A stretch of 61,755 nucleotides of DNA, counting the filler, from Sphacelaria rigidula (lineage: Eukaryota): NCBI GenBank assembly GCA_964200075.2. It is 9 parts of 9 records of this genome, joined end to end, with 100 filler letters (N's around TTAATTAATTAA, not from the genome) between each part and the next. Parts side by side here need not be neighbours in the genome. Positions count along the whole stretch, not along the records: positions 48,112 to 54,883 come from CAXNAA020018154.1; positions 54,984 to 61,755 come from CAXNAA020018155.1; 7 more parts are not named here. One strand, written 5' to 3'. Both the position numbers and the translations under genes were made by a program. Of this stretch, positions 49,079-61,222 are shown in pieces. The stretch's first letter is position 1; each line of letters begins with the position of its first letter. A model generated the notes under the pieces. The model did no database searches. It was given only the letters and a program-made list of their open reading frames with translations, and was not told the origin of the DNA.

Positions 49079-49327
49079 GGGGGGAGAGGGGGAACTGACA
49101 CTGGATTTGGAAAGCTCATGGACTCTGCCCGAGGACTTTTCGTTTCTTCTATAAGCAGAAGCAATAATCTAATCTGGGATTTACTGCTCTTTTGATTTTC
49201 AACGCGATAACCAACATGTTGAATTCAGAGTACTTTGCGGTGAAAGCCTCCTGTCGTCAATGCCCCGGGGGATTTCGTTTCCTTGCCTCATGGGTATCTC
49301 ACCATCGTAGAGAGCAGAAGTTGGGGA

Positions 49328-49520
49328 GGGGGGGGGGGGGAAGGTGTACCGATGATCTCGCATGCCAGTGCCATATGACCTTTGACCGCACCAGGCTCGC
49401 ACTCAAACCACCAAGCGCGAAGCGCCGCGGTGTGCTCGGCGAGTCGCATGAAGGATAACCTGCATCCTGCCAAGATTGTTTGGCCGTAGCGTATGGGTAC
49501 TTGAAGGAACATAATACCCT
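49328..49520 (-). mobile_element. Family B 3' fragment with poly(C) tail (internally deleted)
   Basis: G13 followed by AAGGTGTACCGATGATC...CCAAGCGCGAAGCGCCG.GGTGTGCTCGGCGAGTCGCATGAAGG, as at 52480-52525. Confidence 0.75.
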
Positions 49521-50985
49521 TCGTGACGCAGAAAACGACTGGTGGATTACAACATTCAATTCATCGCGACAAATTTCATTATCTGGCAATTAGATGTTCG
49601 AACATGGTACACCAGAGTGATGCTATGGTAGGTGTACAAAAATAAATTCTGAGGTCAGAATTGTTAGGAGCCCTTCATCTCATCCAAAACACGACTTACG
49701 AAAATATGCGAGCGTACGCCAGGATTACTATTTCAATGTACCGGAGATGTCCCGAATAAATCTGCAAACGGGGATGCCCTGGCCCATATTCTTATGCGTC
49801 TGAAATCGTTAGGAGCCCCTGAACCAGACAAAAATGTACGAAAAAAGTGCACCCCTACCGTAGCATTGGTCACCACTACACTGTCTGCAACTGCGTGTGT
49901 ACTGTCCACGAGAGCGCAGTGGCCGAGGTTCGCTCGGTGTCCTTGGATGTAGATGCGTGGATATACGGAACAATATTTTCGTGAGGTTGAGAGTAGAGGT
50001 CAGTCAGTGAATTGAGAGTAAAAAGCGGTCAATCAGTGAATGAAAAATTTCAGCTCCTTTGCGCAGAGTCACGGTTCTTCCAGCCCGCACAAGACTACAA
50101 TCAGGTAGCATATAGGTCATCACACTAATAATGGATTGATCCTATTCAAATGAACAATATGTATTCATAAATTTCTTGCGACCGTATGCTTGTGGCGAGT
50201 GGTTGATGTTTGGGGTTGGAATTTGGATGTATGGGAAAATGGACTTCGATATGATCTAGCTCGACCATGGTCGTGGTTACTGCAACAACGAAAAAAAGCA
50301 AGCGCGCGAAAAAATCGGAAATCTGGTTGCCTAGCTTACGCGGTTAGTGGCGTGTCGTACATCGCATCATCACCAACAGACGCCAACCAGGTAAAGGGGG
50401 TCTGCCCCCTAAAAAGCCGGTACAAAACACGCCGGGTGTTCGTCGGAACAGGCAGAGGGAAGGGTTGCGCTTACGTACTCAGTACCCAATAGCAATCAGT
50501 TGCTAGTAGTAAAGCTTCCTACACAAGACTAACTGACTGTCTCGGTTGATCGTTGGACACCGAGAAGCCACATACACAGTCGGGGCAACAGAGAACACAT
50601 CTTGTCTGGGGTATTACACGCCTTTTCACGCCAGAATAATAAAAATTTCGACCACTTTTTCATCGGACGCGTACACCTCGAGCAGCGGAGGAGGGAAGGG
50701 GAGGGGAGGGGAGGGTGGGGGGAACCGACACCGGATTTGGACAAATTCTAGAGCACGCCCAGGCGCTTCTTGTTCTTATAGCAGCAAAAACAAAAAAAGT
50801 TTTGACGATGACCAGACCTGTTGGTTCCAAAATACGTTGCGGCAAACGCTTCGTCTCATCATCGCCCTGATGAGATGTTTTTTCGCCGTGAAAGCAAATT
50901 CCACAAAATAATGTGACTTTTGTTTCATCCCCCAGTAAACCATCCCACCACCCCTCACGCAACAAATAAGTGCGCCCTTACCCCC

Positions 50986-51057
50986 ATGCTCCTTCTCGAA
51001 AAGGATGCGTGGTTAATGATCACACGACGAAGGCAAACAACAAATCAGTACGCCCCA
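50986..51057 (+). mobile_element. LINE family A 3' end (short)
   Basis: CTCGAAAAGGATGCGTGGTTAATGATC...AACAAATCAGTACGCCCC with a C-rich 5' flank. Confidence 0.75.
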
Positions 51058-51134
51058 CATACACACACGAGAACACGGCAACACACACCAGTGCAGCCGC
51101 GAGCGATCGAACATACGTTCTTCTGGGCCCATAC

Positions 51135-52235
51135 GATGCCACCACCAAGGAAAAAGGCACGCAACAAGGCGGGGCTTTCCGACATTCGTGAAAAATACCA
51201 TGTGAGGGTTATTTTGGCCCAAAGCATTGCGATTCCTTCCCTCTCCCCCCGATATCCTCGGCTACCGACCTCGCTCGACACCGCAACCACTACTGTTGCT
51301 TCACAATTACAGTGGTTCTTCTTCAATAGTCATGAAGCAAAAACAGACATGACAAACCGTCTGACACGGCGCAAAGCACGACCGTACCACGAAAAAGCAA
51401 CACGGCACCGAGCCTTGCTGCTCAACACGGCGGCTACAACTTTTGACGTTCAGGGAGGCATGGAAAGTGACGAAAGCACCAGCACTACTCTACAAGCTTT
51501 CGTCGCCAAGCTGTTGCTGACCAAGCCATATCACACACAGCAGGCTTCATAATTCCGAGAAGCACCGGGTGACGCACGAAATGTCCCTGCGCCGTAGTAT
51601 TCAACACCCGCAGTAGCTCAACTCTGTGTTGACAACAAACGTGCCCCTTACGAGTGTGCGTGAACAAACCTCGTGTGCATCGAGCTGCATGCGCAAATCG
51701 GGGAGCTGTCTCCGACATACTTCTAGCCGTGACAAGCAGTAATCCGAGCGGAGAACAGGGCACTCACGGCTGCGGCTTGAAACGAAAGCGTTGTCGCCGA
51801 CAAGCCCTCGTCAAGGGGTCTTTTATGCTTCGTGGTGAAACGGATACCTGCACCCCATAGGACAAGGAAAAAAACCACACCTCGCTATCCTGCCTGGTCT
51901 ACAACTCATGGAAACTGTACATCGCTCCGGTGAGGCATGTGTGGAGTAAACACTCACCCGTCAGCTGGTTGTTGCCCAAAAACAGCTCCTCCACCGTCAC
52001 AAGCTGGCTCAACTCGGGAGGTATTTCGCCTGCGTGTCACACATCGGAGCAACCAATGGAATTGGCCATTATTTTTACGCGAAAACAAATCAACCATCAA
52101 GTACAGACTCCGTGCCTGGTGCATGCCGTGACTGGATGGCAACACAGGTACGTGTCTGCCCCTGTACGTGGAATCAACGTTGTATCAGGGGCAAGTCACT
52201 TCGGTCTTCGCTAGAAACATTTGCCGATAGCGTGT
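51135..52235 (+). pseudogene. Degenerate pogo/Tigger-like (Tc1/mariner superfamily) transposase
   Basis: MPPPRKK start, LLAVTSSNPSGE, DKEKNHTSLSCLVYNS and ISPACHTSEQPMELAIIFTRK echo the NAxG, LLxDN and PP..TS..QPMD.GII...K blocks. Frameshifted. Confidence 0.5.
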
Positions 52236-52272
52236 AGAAGAACGAATAAATCTTCGGGGGGCTTGGGCCCGA

Positions 52273-52740
52273 GGGGGGCGTACTCATGATCATGCATGCC
52301 ATAGTCATATGACCATCAACCTCGCATCCTCTAGGGCAAAAGCTCTTTAAAGCAGGGCGGCGCGTGCACTGCGCCAAGTTGATACGGGGTTGTAGTGAAA
52401 TTATCCCCCACCCTGCCGCGAGGCGGTCGAGCCGAGCCTTCGGGTGATCGTCTCCCCTGGACCAGGCTCGCGTTCGATCACCAAGCGCGAAGCGCCGTGG
52501 TGTGCTCGGCGAGTCGCATGAAGGGTGAGCTTCATCCCGCTGAGACTGCTCGACCCTCAGCCTGTTGATGATCTTGCATTTGGATAACATACAATGAGTT
52601 GCTACATTTTCTGGTGTCGCCCCTGATAGAAACAGCCACGGCTTATGCACTGCCTCACGGGTGTCTCACCATGTTGACACTACGTAGTACGATCATCCCC
52701 GTTGTGCAGAGTTGAGGTTCTCCCACGCCGCACAACACTA
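52273..52740 (-). mobile_element. Family B 3' fragment with C6 tail
   Basis: G6-CGTACTCATGATCATGCATGCCATAGTCATATGACCATC. Collinear with 13824-14192, with G-rich sequence also at the 5' junction. Confidence 0.78.
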
Positions 52741-54983
52741 CAGGGCGGGGGGGCAGTAGGTGAGGGGGGGACCAACAGAAAAGGAAAGAAAAAAAAAAAT
52801 ACTCCTGTTTGCCTCGCTCCTGTGTGACCCCGGCTGACCCACCCGCGTGTACCGAAAGGTGTATACTGACGTCTGGACTAGGCGGGATGACAACACACAC
52901 ATGTAAATGGCTGGCCTTTGCCACATCGCTTCGGTGGAAAAGGGCTTGCACAGAGCCACCCTATTGCGTAGGATAACACGTCTTGTAACAAGATTTTGGT
53001 ATGTGTATGGTACAGGAAATAATACAACAAGACTGATTGCATCACCTTACCCAAACCATGAATAATCTCACAACTCTCTCTTTCCTGGAATCAAGTAGAT
53101 CGAGTGCCAACCATTAGTAACGGAAATTTCTCCAGGTTTTCGGTTTTAGCGGAGGTAGCAATTTTATTCCAGGGTTGGGGTTGGGACTAGGAGTATTGGC
53201 AGACAATTCCACCATATAAGGTTATACGCTGACATGGCGTTCAAGCCCAAAACAATGGTTCTCCGCACTTCCAGCGATGGTGCCCGATGACTTCTTTGTT
53301 AACCTAATGCCCCTAGATTGCGTGAGTACTCCTTCAGCGCATTTCACCGACTCCGTGAGCTTACAGCCGTGACCGGAACTGTCGTTTCCTCTGTTTTGGG
53401 GTGTTGTATAAGGAGAAATGACGGTTTCGGCCAGCGCTGTAAGCTCGCAAGAGTAGGGAACGAGAGAGTATTCACGAAACGGACGGGCATCAGGCGGACC
53501 AAAAAAGTCATGGTCATGCTGAAGGTGTGTAGACAACACCGTTTTGGTCGTGAACCTCGATTCAGCGTACAAACTTATTTTGGAGAATCGTTTGCGTAGT
53601 ATTCGAATGGTATGCGAATGATTGAGATGGCATGGGATATATATACTCGATCTGGTATATGAGCTTAATAGTTTGTCTTTCTTCTTTTTGTATCTGGTGT
53701 AGTATATGTTGAAAATTCAACAGTTGAAGAGACGTGGTGTGTGTGTGAGTGTGCCGTCCCATCTATTTTGGGCGCCGCTCAACGCTTTTTGGTATTCGTG
53801 GGCACACCGGCCGGGGTCACACAGGAGGAAGGTCAACACAGGAGCTGTGGTTTTGTTTTGTGTTTATAGCACAACTTTGTTGAGCGATGCTTGCCTTTGT
53901 TTTTCATCGGGACAGGGGTTCGGCACTCCTTTTTCCTTGTCGACCGTTGAGTCTAAGTTTGACTTTAGGGTTAGGATTAGTAATTTGAAAAAATTGGCCA
54001 TGAGCACAATTGAATAGCGGCTATACAAGTCGGCTCAACCGAGAAATGCAACGTATCGGAATCTGCGCAAGAACGTTGATATAATCCACCGATTCGCCGA
54101 CGATCACGAGCGGGGAGTGAAATTTGACCAACTGACCGATGAGCGATTGTTGAAGGGCAGTAAACGTCGGGTCATCCGCGAAATTCAACGTACTAAACTT
54201 TGCCCCATAAAAGAGGTAGAACTTATCAAACCATCGTTGAGCGCAATAACCAAACAAATGGCGCGAGGAAAACGTTGAAATTTGCCGATCACCACGAACG
54301 ACTGTCTATGTCGCGTCGTGACGTATCAATTTACATTTACAATTTCGTTCATCATAGCGAACGTACAGCGACAGCGCTAGTCGGATAGAAACATGACAGT
54401 TCCGCCGATGAGCACGAACGAGAAGTCAATATCTTCTCACAGTGCCATTTTAGATTGTATGGCAGTTCGCCGTGTATCGTGGACCTACAGCGGCAGTGCA
54501 CGTCGGGTAAAATCAGTGCTGATTCGCCGATTTCCAGCATTTGTCGATCGACATGAGGGTGTAGTGAAATAAAAGACACGATCGTGTCGGGTCAAGAACT
54601 TACCGCTTCGCGAGCTATGGGTATGTACAGATGGCGAGATGAACACCCACCCTTGGAATGGTGATAAAACAGGGAAGCGATGAGGTATGGCGGGATTAGC
54701 GTTGACGGCGAGACATTTTACCCGAGGGGAAAATATGCTCCAAGACGATGGAAAGCGCGATACGATATGACATCTTGATTCCCACCTTGGCACTCATTTT
54801 GACCTGACAGCGATTGACTGTTCTTGACAGTCGTATACAACGGTACTGTCGTAGTATGTCTGCCGTATTCTTGTATATTTTTANNNNNNNNNNNNNNNNN
54901 NNNNNNNNNNNNNNNNNNNNNNNNNNNTTAATTAATTAANNNNNNNNNNNNNNNNNNNNNNNNNNNNNNNNNNNNNNNNNNNN

Positions 54984-55518
54984 GTGCACGCGAGGAGCAC
55001 ACAGAACTGTCAGCCCCACTAGAATTCCGATTCTCGTCGTTCACACTCAAATCAAGTAATATCAACCATTCTAAAACGTAGCCCAACGCCGGTAAACTCT
55101 ATTGTACTGTAGTGGAGTTTACCGGCGTTGGGTTACCTGTAGAATGGCTGGTATTACTCGATTCGAGTCTGGCCGACAATGTTTCACTAGCCTCGTCTAT
55201 ACCACGGCTCCTGTTCCACCTCTCCCGTACTTCGAGCGTGGGATATCGGGATCCACTTTTTTTTCGGCATGTAGCAGTACAACTCCACCTCTGTCCCATC
55301 CGTGCCCCCTCCTCGATAGAGGGCTTGGCCTACACAAACCGCCGACTGTGCGCATTTCGTTGTCATGTAGCTTGTTGAATATAATGACACGACGTTCCAG
55401 TAGAGTTTACCGGCGTTGGGCTACGTTTTAGAATGGTTGATATTACTTGATTTGAGTGTGAACGACGAGAATCGGAATTCTAGTGGGGCTGACAGTTCTG
55501 TGTGCTCCTCGCGTGCAC
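54984..55518. repeat. Perfect 118-bp inverted repeat (54984-55101 / 55401-55518)
   Basis: The arms are exact reverse complements. The spacer starts with a diverged copy of the same terminus (~55112-55180). Confidence 0.9.
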
Positions 55519-55712
55519 AGAACGCGTTTTCGTTGAAATCGGCGACACAGGCGCCGAGTTGGGGTCTACCAAGGCCGCACTCTGCCTAGGGAATGTACGT
55601 TCCACCCTTGCCCGAGGGTTCTCGGTATGCGTTGGGCTAGGGTTAGGGTTAGGGGTAGCGATACTTGTAAGATTGTGTCAACCATTCTAAAACGTAGCCT
55701 AACGACGGTTAA
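55401..55712. mobile_element. ~310-bp TIR element containing TTAGGG repeats
   Basis: CCGGCGTTGGGCTACGTTTTAGAATGGTTGA ... TCAACCATTCTAAAACGTAGCCTAACGACGG, with internal CTAGGGTTAGGGTTAGGGG. Confidence 0.7.
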
Positions 55713-55814
55713 CCCTCAGACTGCGGTGCGGGTAGTCCATCTGGATCACGCATACTTTTTTCAAGTAAAGAATGATGCTGATTCAGCAGGTGACCTACCC
55801 TCGCGGTCTACGGG
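55713..55814. mobile_element. 102-bp piggyBac-like MITE with TTAA target-site duplication
   Basis: TTAA(55709-55712) CCCTCAGACTGCG ... CGCGGTCTACGGG TTAA(55815-55818); same family as the 31770-33435 cluster. Confidence 0.88.
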
Positions 55815-57462
55815 TTAACTAGCCTCTTATTATGCTACACGTCAAGGTGTCGTGCAACGATTTGAAAGGTGCATATGGCTGTCTTTCGAATAAGTTGTTG
55901 ACTCTCAATCCGATCTCACTCCGGGTGGCCGAACATTCTCCGAAGGAAAGGGTCCACCTCACGGTGGATCACTTCTATAGTCTGACCCCATTCTTGCCTA
56001 CGTAACACAAGAGGAAATCATCGCCAGCCTCGGAGTTCCTTCGCAGGACGACATCTCCAACGACAGTCCTACCAGTAGGTCTCTGTCTACCCGGGTGACA
56101 CATCTTCCCCATATTTTTGTCTTTTAAGAAACGGCTGTTCTGAACCCTAAATGTGGCACCGATTATCTGCGTTCACGTGCTGGAAGTTGGCGGTCAGAGG
56201 GCCGACTCTTTGACCCTTCGACCGCTGGAGGTGTCCATTTGTGGAATCGACATCATTTCCACTGGGGCCTGAAAAGGAATATTGATTTTTATTTTCACTT
56301 GAAGAATGGTTTAAAATTATGTCAACGGTCACGGTCGGAGATGTCTGCTTGTGGAATTGGCATCAGTTTTGCTCGAGAAAGGACTGAAGGGTTGGCAATC
56401 CTCGAGCGTGTTTGATCCTACACGCGTGTCACATTGCCTCAACTGTAGCCCTTCTTACTCCCTGTATTGCTGCTGCTACTCCACCGTACATATCCGGGAA
56501 CGTTTATTACCGCAGGCCGAACACAAAGGCAGGTATGAAACAGTCGACGTACCACCACTCTCCACTGTACACAGTCTGCTTTCGGGGCCGGCCTCACACA
56601 CCTCGATCGTGTTTTAAATTCGCACACACATATTCATCGTCTCGAGTGTGCCCCCCTTTTTACTGCTTGTACTGCTGCTGCAGCCGCTGCTACTCTATCG
56701 CACATACACGCAAACTGTTTTCATCATCAGTGGCTGAGCACATCGGCGAGAGACAGTCAGCGTGTCATCGCTCTCCAGTGAACACGGCCGGCTGCACGCT
56801 GCTCATGTCTTTTTATTATTTCACAACACTACAGTGTGCAGCTATGCTGGCAACACAAGGGGGGTCAAAATGGCGGCAAAGGCTACGAGTAGAGCAAAAA
56901 ACACGTAATTTGCTCACGTTTTCTATGGTTGAGTGGTCGCTACCCAAATGGTCGAACATGACTTCGCTGGGCACCCTGAAGTCAAGCGAAATGTGACCTG
57001 TCAGCAGCCCAGGAATTTTCCCGCGGAATTCCCAGGAAAATACATCTGTCATGAGTTCGTCCTGCGTGGTTTCTCATGCCATGCCATCGAAAAGTCATTG
57101 CAATACTGTAAAGTGTTTCGTTTACTTCTAATGGTGCGTAAGTATAACCGTGTATGGGGCCAACACTACCGCAGCCGTCGGTATCTTCCATCGATCTTGT
57201 TTTTCTAATCTTTGGCAACTAGCGTTCTCACGCTTTGGGAACCATGGCCTTGTTGTCTTACCCTTTGTACTACATTGTATTTTCTGTGAAATTTACTATC
57301 TTCGTGTGTTGTACCGTCACAACATTTCTGTGTACTTTACTGTCTTTGCGTAGTGTATCCTCCATGCGTACTGTGCTCTCCTTGCTTTCCGTACCCTCTT
57401 TGTTTACAATACCCCCATCTCGTGTTGAACCCTCGTCGTGTTTACTTGCATACAATTAACAG

Positions 57463-60274
57463 GCAGGTTTGCCCCCTCTACACGCGGTGCCTGTGGGAAA
57501 GGCGAAGGCTCTGCTGCTGGACCGTCAGTGCAATGTACCTTTTTTCCGTGAGATACATGAGGTGAACCTCACCTGCTTGCTTCGCTTGTTTTTGTTTTTT
57601 TTTTCGTTTAGTTTTTCCCCCCCTCCCCCTCGTCTTGATGCTCGTTTGTTCTTCAAAATCTCTGACATTTGGGGGATTGCATTGCTTTGCTGTATGTGTG
57701 AATTGCGGAATGCTTTCATATACATGACATCCGTACGAATTAGGTTTCTAATTCAAGGGGCAAGATCAACAAAAAACGATTCAGTTCGTTGACATTGTTT
57801 ACTTGACTCAAACGTTACCCACACATGCAATACGAGAAACTACAACGTAGTCATTTCTTCCCCGTCTCCCTCCGCCCCCCCCTTCCACCCCTCCCTACTC
57901 TGTAACCGTCTTTTCTCGATATATCGCGGGTTGTGTTCGATGGCGGCTCGAAACACCACATATGCACGCATGGAATTTTGATGCGCACCCTGGATGGTAA
58001 TACACTGGATTATGACATACGCGCACACGCGCACACGCGTACATACGTCAAGTGCGTGAGGGGTATGCTTGACATGCTCGGCGAGGAGCACCCACAGCAG
58101 CAGCAACAACGTCAACAACCGCCAGGCGAGACCGCCTCGACAGAAAAGGGGGTTGGAGCAGTATCTGGTGCTTTCGCGTCGTCATCGTTGGGGGAAGACC
58201 CGGACGACATTCTCACAGGTGGTACTAGGGCGGCAGTGCCGGCGAAAGGAGGCGTCGTCTTCTCTGACGGGGGTGGGGACGTTTTGACGGCACCCCCTTC
58301 CACTGCTGCTGGCCGCGGAGGAAGAGGCGTTGGGCCCTATTCATCACTTGTGCCGCATTTGTTGGATCTTGTGGGCTACCAAAGCGGGGTGGAGGCGGTC
58401 GAGGTGATCTGGCGTGTGACAAATAAAGATTGCGGTACTCCCTCCACTTTTTGTTTGCTTGCTTGTTTCGTTGTGCTAACGAACGTATGTACACTGATTG
58501 TGGGAAACATTTTTTTTTCTATATTTGTGCTCACTTTTCTCCTTTTTTTTTTGTACGCGAAGATCTACTCCGTACATGCTCCGCTCCGTTCTTTCGTCCG
58601 TACGTTCCATTGGTTTGGTTGGTTCGGTTGGTTCGGTTGGTTCGTTTTTTTTTTTCTAGGATTGTCCTTCAAACATGTGCTACTGTTTTCCCTGCCAGTA
58701 TCGAAGGTTTCCCATTCTCTGTCCCATTAGAAAACACTTGTGGGGGGCGAGTCGTTACCTCGAATCGTGTGTTGAGCTGCGCTGGTCGGTTTTACTCCTT
58801 CTTGACATTTACGAGTAGCCAGTAGCTCTTTCAGCAGGGTTTCATGGAGGATCATGATTGTTTTACCCCCATTTCTGCTGTGATTCCAATTCCAATTCAG
58901 TGGCATGTCACTTTTTTTGCTTCCAACTGAATGGATGCACGGAGGAAGGAATAGACGGATAGACGGACCCAAATCGTTGCTGATATGGGCGCGAAACGTA
59001 CCTTTGTAAGGAATGGTTACTTGGTTGGGTGGGACCGACCTCCTTTTGGGACAACATGCCTCCGTTTGGCCTTCAAGGGCGTCATGTAAGCCCGATACTA
59101 TAGCCGGAGTGCTTCATACCCTGGACAATAGGGTACATTGTCCAAAACTGTGTACTGTGCACAGCATGGAATATATTTTCGTTGCAATAGACGGAATAGT
59201 CGGTACTGTACGCAGTACATTTTTTGGCAATGTGACCTTTTGTTCAGGGTGTGAAGTGATTCTCGCTAATTCTTAGCACCAGGCCTCAATGAGAGAAGCG
59301 TATGCTAAGCATATCGTGTATGATCGGTGGCCCCTAGTCTCCGACGGATTCAACATTGTTTTATAAAAAAAATCAAATGTTGCCACTCGGTTTGTTTCCC
59401 GTGGTCGCTTCAAGATTGGTCTGTTTGTAGCATCAGGAGGTCAAGGATGATTGTTTGAACCTACTACGCTTGGGTCAGTCAGAGTCTTCCCTCTTTCTCA
59501 TCCCGTTTCCTCCGTATCTTTTCCGGGTTTGTAGAAGGGGGCGGAATCACCACAAATTTTGTTGCATACAAGGATATGTTCATTCTTGATTAGTTTCAAA
59601 CACCGTTCTTGCCATTGAAATACGCTGACAGTGGTGATTTGTTAATTGAATGACGGGTTGCCGTATATTAACTGTTCGGAGACGAAATCCAGCCGTGGTC
59701 AGAAAATTGAATGGTGCATCTGGCGAATGAAAGAAACAGTCGCATAAGGAATTGAAGAAGAAAAAATAATCTCGAGAAAGAGAAAGGGAAAGTCATCAAA
59801 AAGTAAGGAGAGGAGTACCGTGCACCGTGTTGTTACGGTACCATTGAAAAAAATAAGAACAAATGAATACAGCTCCTACCACGTACACGAGGTCGCGAAA
59901 ATGACCATTATTAGTCTTCTTCCGTTCAATCAAATACTTTGAAGTATACGTATCCGAGAGGTGGTTCGAGTGTCCTGTTCAAACGTTTGAGATTTTTTCC
60001 GAGTTAGTTTTGCCTTGTTTTTGTTTTTATTTTGTGACGCATATTTCCCGAAAGGCATTCTTGTCAAGAGAGTCCAAGACCTAAGATATCTCCCGCCTCT
60101 TCATTCCCTTCCCCCCCCACCGCCGAAAACAACGGTATACAGGATCACCTCAGAGATCGGGCTGGCGCCGTGATCCGCGCAATCGAAGCAGTGGTTGCGC
60201 CCAACAACGGCGCCGACGAAATTACGTCGGATACGAGCGGTCTGGTCCCGGATTCTTTTTGGAGAAACAACGAG
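57463..60274 (+). CDS. MSH1: Plant-type MSH1 (organellar MutS homologue), three internal exons
   Basis: Phase-0 exons 57463-57561, 58053-58403, 60143-60274 with AG/GT borders. The joined peptide LPPLHAVPVGKAKALLLDRQCNVPFFREIHECVRGMLDM...LVPHLLDLVGYQSGV...AIEAVV...LVPDSFWRNNE parallels the land-plant MSH1 core as I recall it (IPEFTCVSSAKLVKLLE.REAN..EF..I...L...L.M...LL......TG...I...I....VP.EFF..ME). No search run. Confidence 0.72.
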
Positions 60275-61134
60275 GTGAGTGGGTAGGGTGGATGAGCTAT
60301 CCTACATAGAGGTAAATATATCAATATTCAAGAATAGTACTCTTACCACCAAGCCCACAAAAGGTGGCGAGTTGAACCATGTGAGACTACTCTGCTCACT
60401 ATTCTTGGTGTACTTTACTTTGTTTTGTTGTAATTTATCACTATTTGCAGAAGTGTGCCAGTTTTATCATGTTTTTTTTACTAAAAGAACATGAGGAAAA
60501 CAAGAAGCGATTGAAAGAGGTTCAAGCCTCCCAGGCACAGGTTTTGGTGGAGTCACTTCATCTTGCGTCCGATATATATATATATATATAATTAGACTGC
60601 TCTATTGTGCTGAACTAACCGTCAGATATCTTTCAATTGCCTTGTATAGTGCTATGTATTGTCTGTAGCGAGCTTTTACTGAAACGTCTAGAGACGTGAA
60701 GCCAAATGTTTCGCGCACGCACCAAGCCCTGAAGGACAAAGGCGCCACCTCCTGCACCGAAACCCCATTCTTGTGTAGTGTATAGGGAGCTAGCTGCCTT
60801 GTCGGCGAACGATCCAGTAGACCATGATGCATTCAGCTGACATCGTTGCGATCGATAAAATATGTATTTTGGTTGTTGCAGCAACTGTAGTGATACATCC
60901 GAAATCACCGCACCATGTTCACCTGCAAAGTGCCCTAGAGGCAGCTGGAAGCAGCGGTATATGAAATACAGACGATTGGTCATAGGTCCACAGTATGGAT
61001 TTAGGTGGTAAGAAAGCCTGGGAAAGGAGGTATGGCGGGAGCACCCTCCACTCCAGCAAACTGAGCTCCCGACACACCAAATCAAATCACGTGATGGACC
61101 TGCTCCCAGACAACCTGCACCCCCCCCGGCTGGC

Positions 61135-61222
61135 GAAAAGATCTAAAAAAACTGTTCTTGGGACGCACACAGGAAGGATGGACGTGGTCCTCAGAGATTC
61201 GCACCTCGACAGTAGGTGTAAA
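61135..61222 (+). mobile_element. Short LINE family A fragment in intron
   Basis: GTTCTTGGGA.G.ACAC...GGATGGACGTG.TCCTCAGAGA.TCGCACCT matches 16590-16680. Confidence 0.7.

Noticed and set aside
57933-58730. 265-aa single-exon membrane protein
   Set aside because: The hydrophobic C-terminus is T-rich intron read-through after the GT donor at 58404; only 58053-58403 is exonic.
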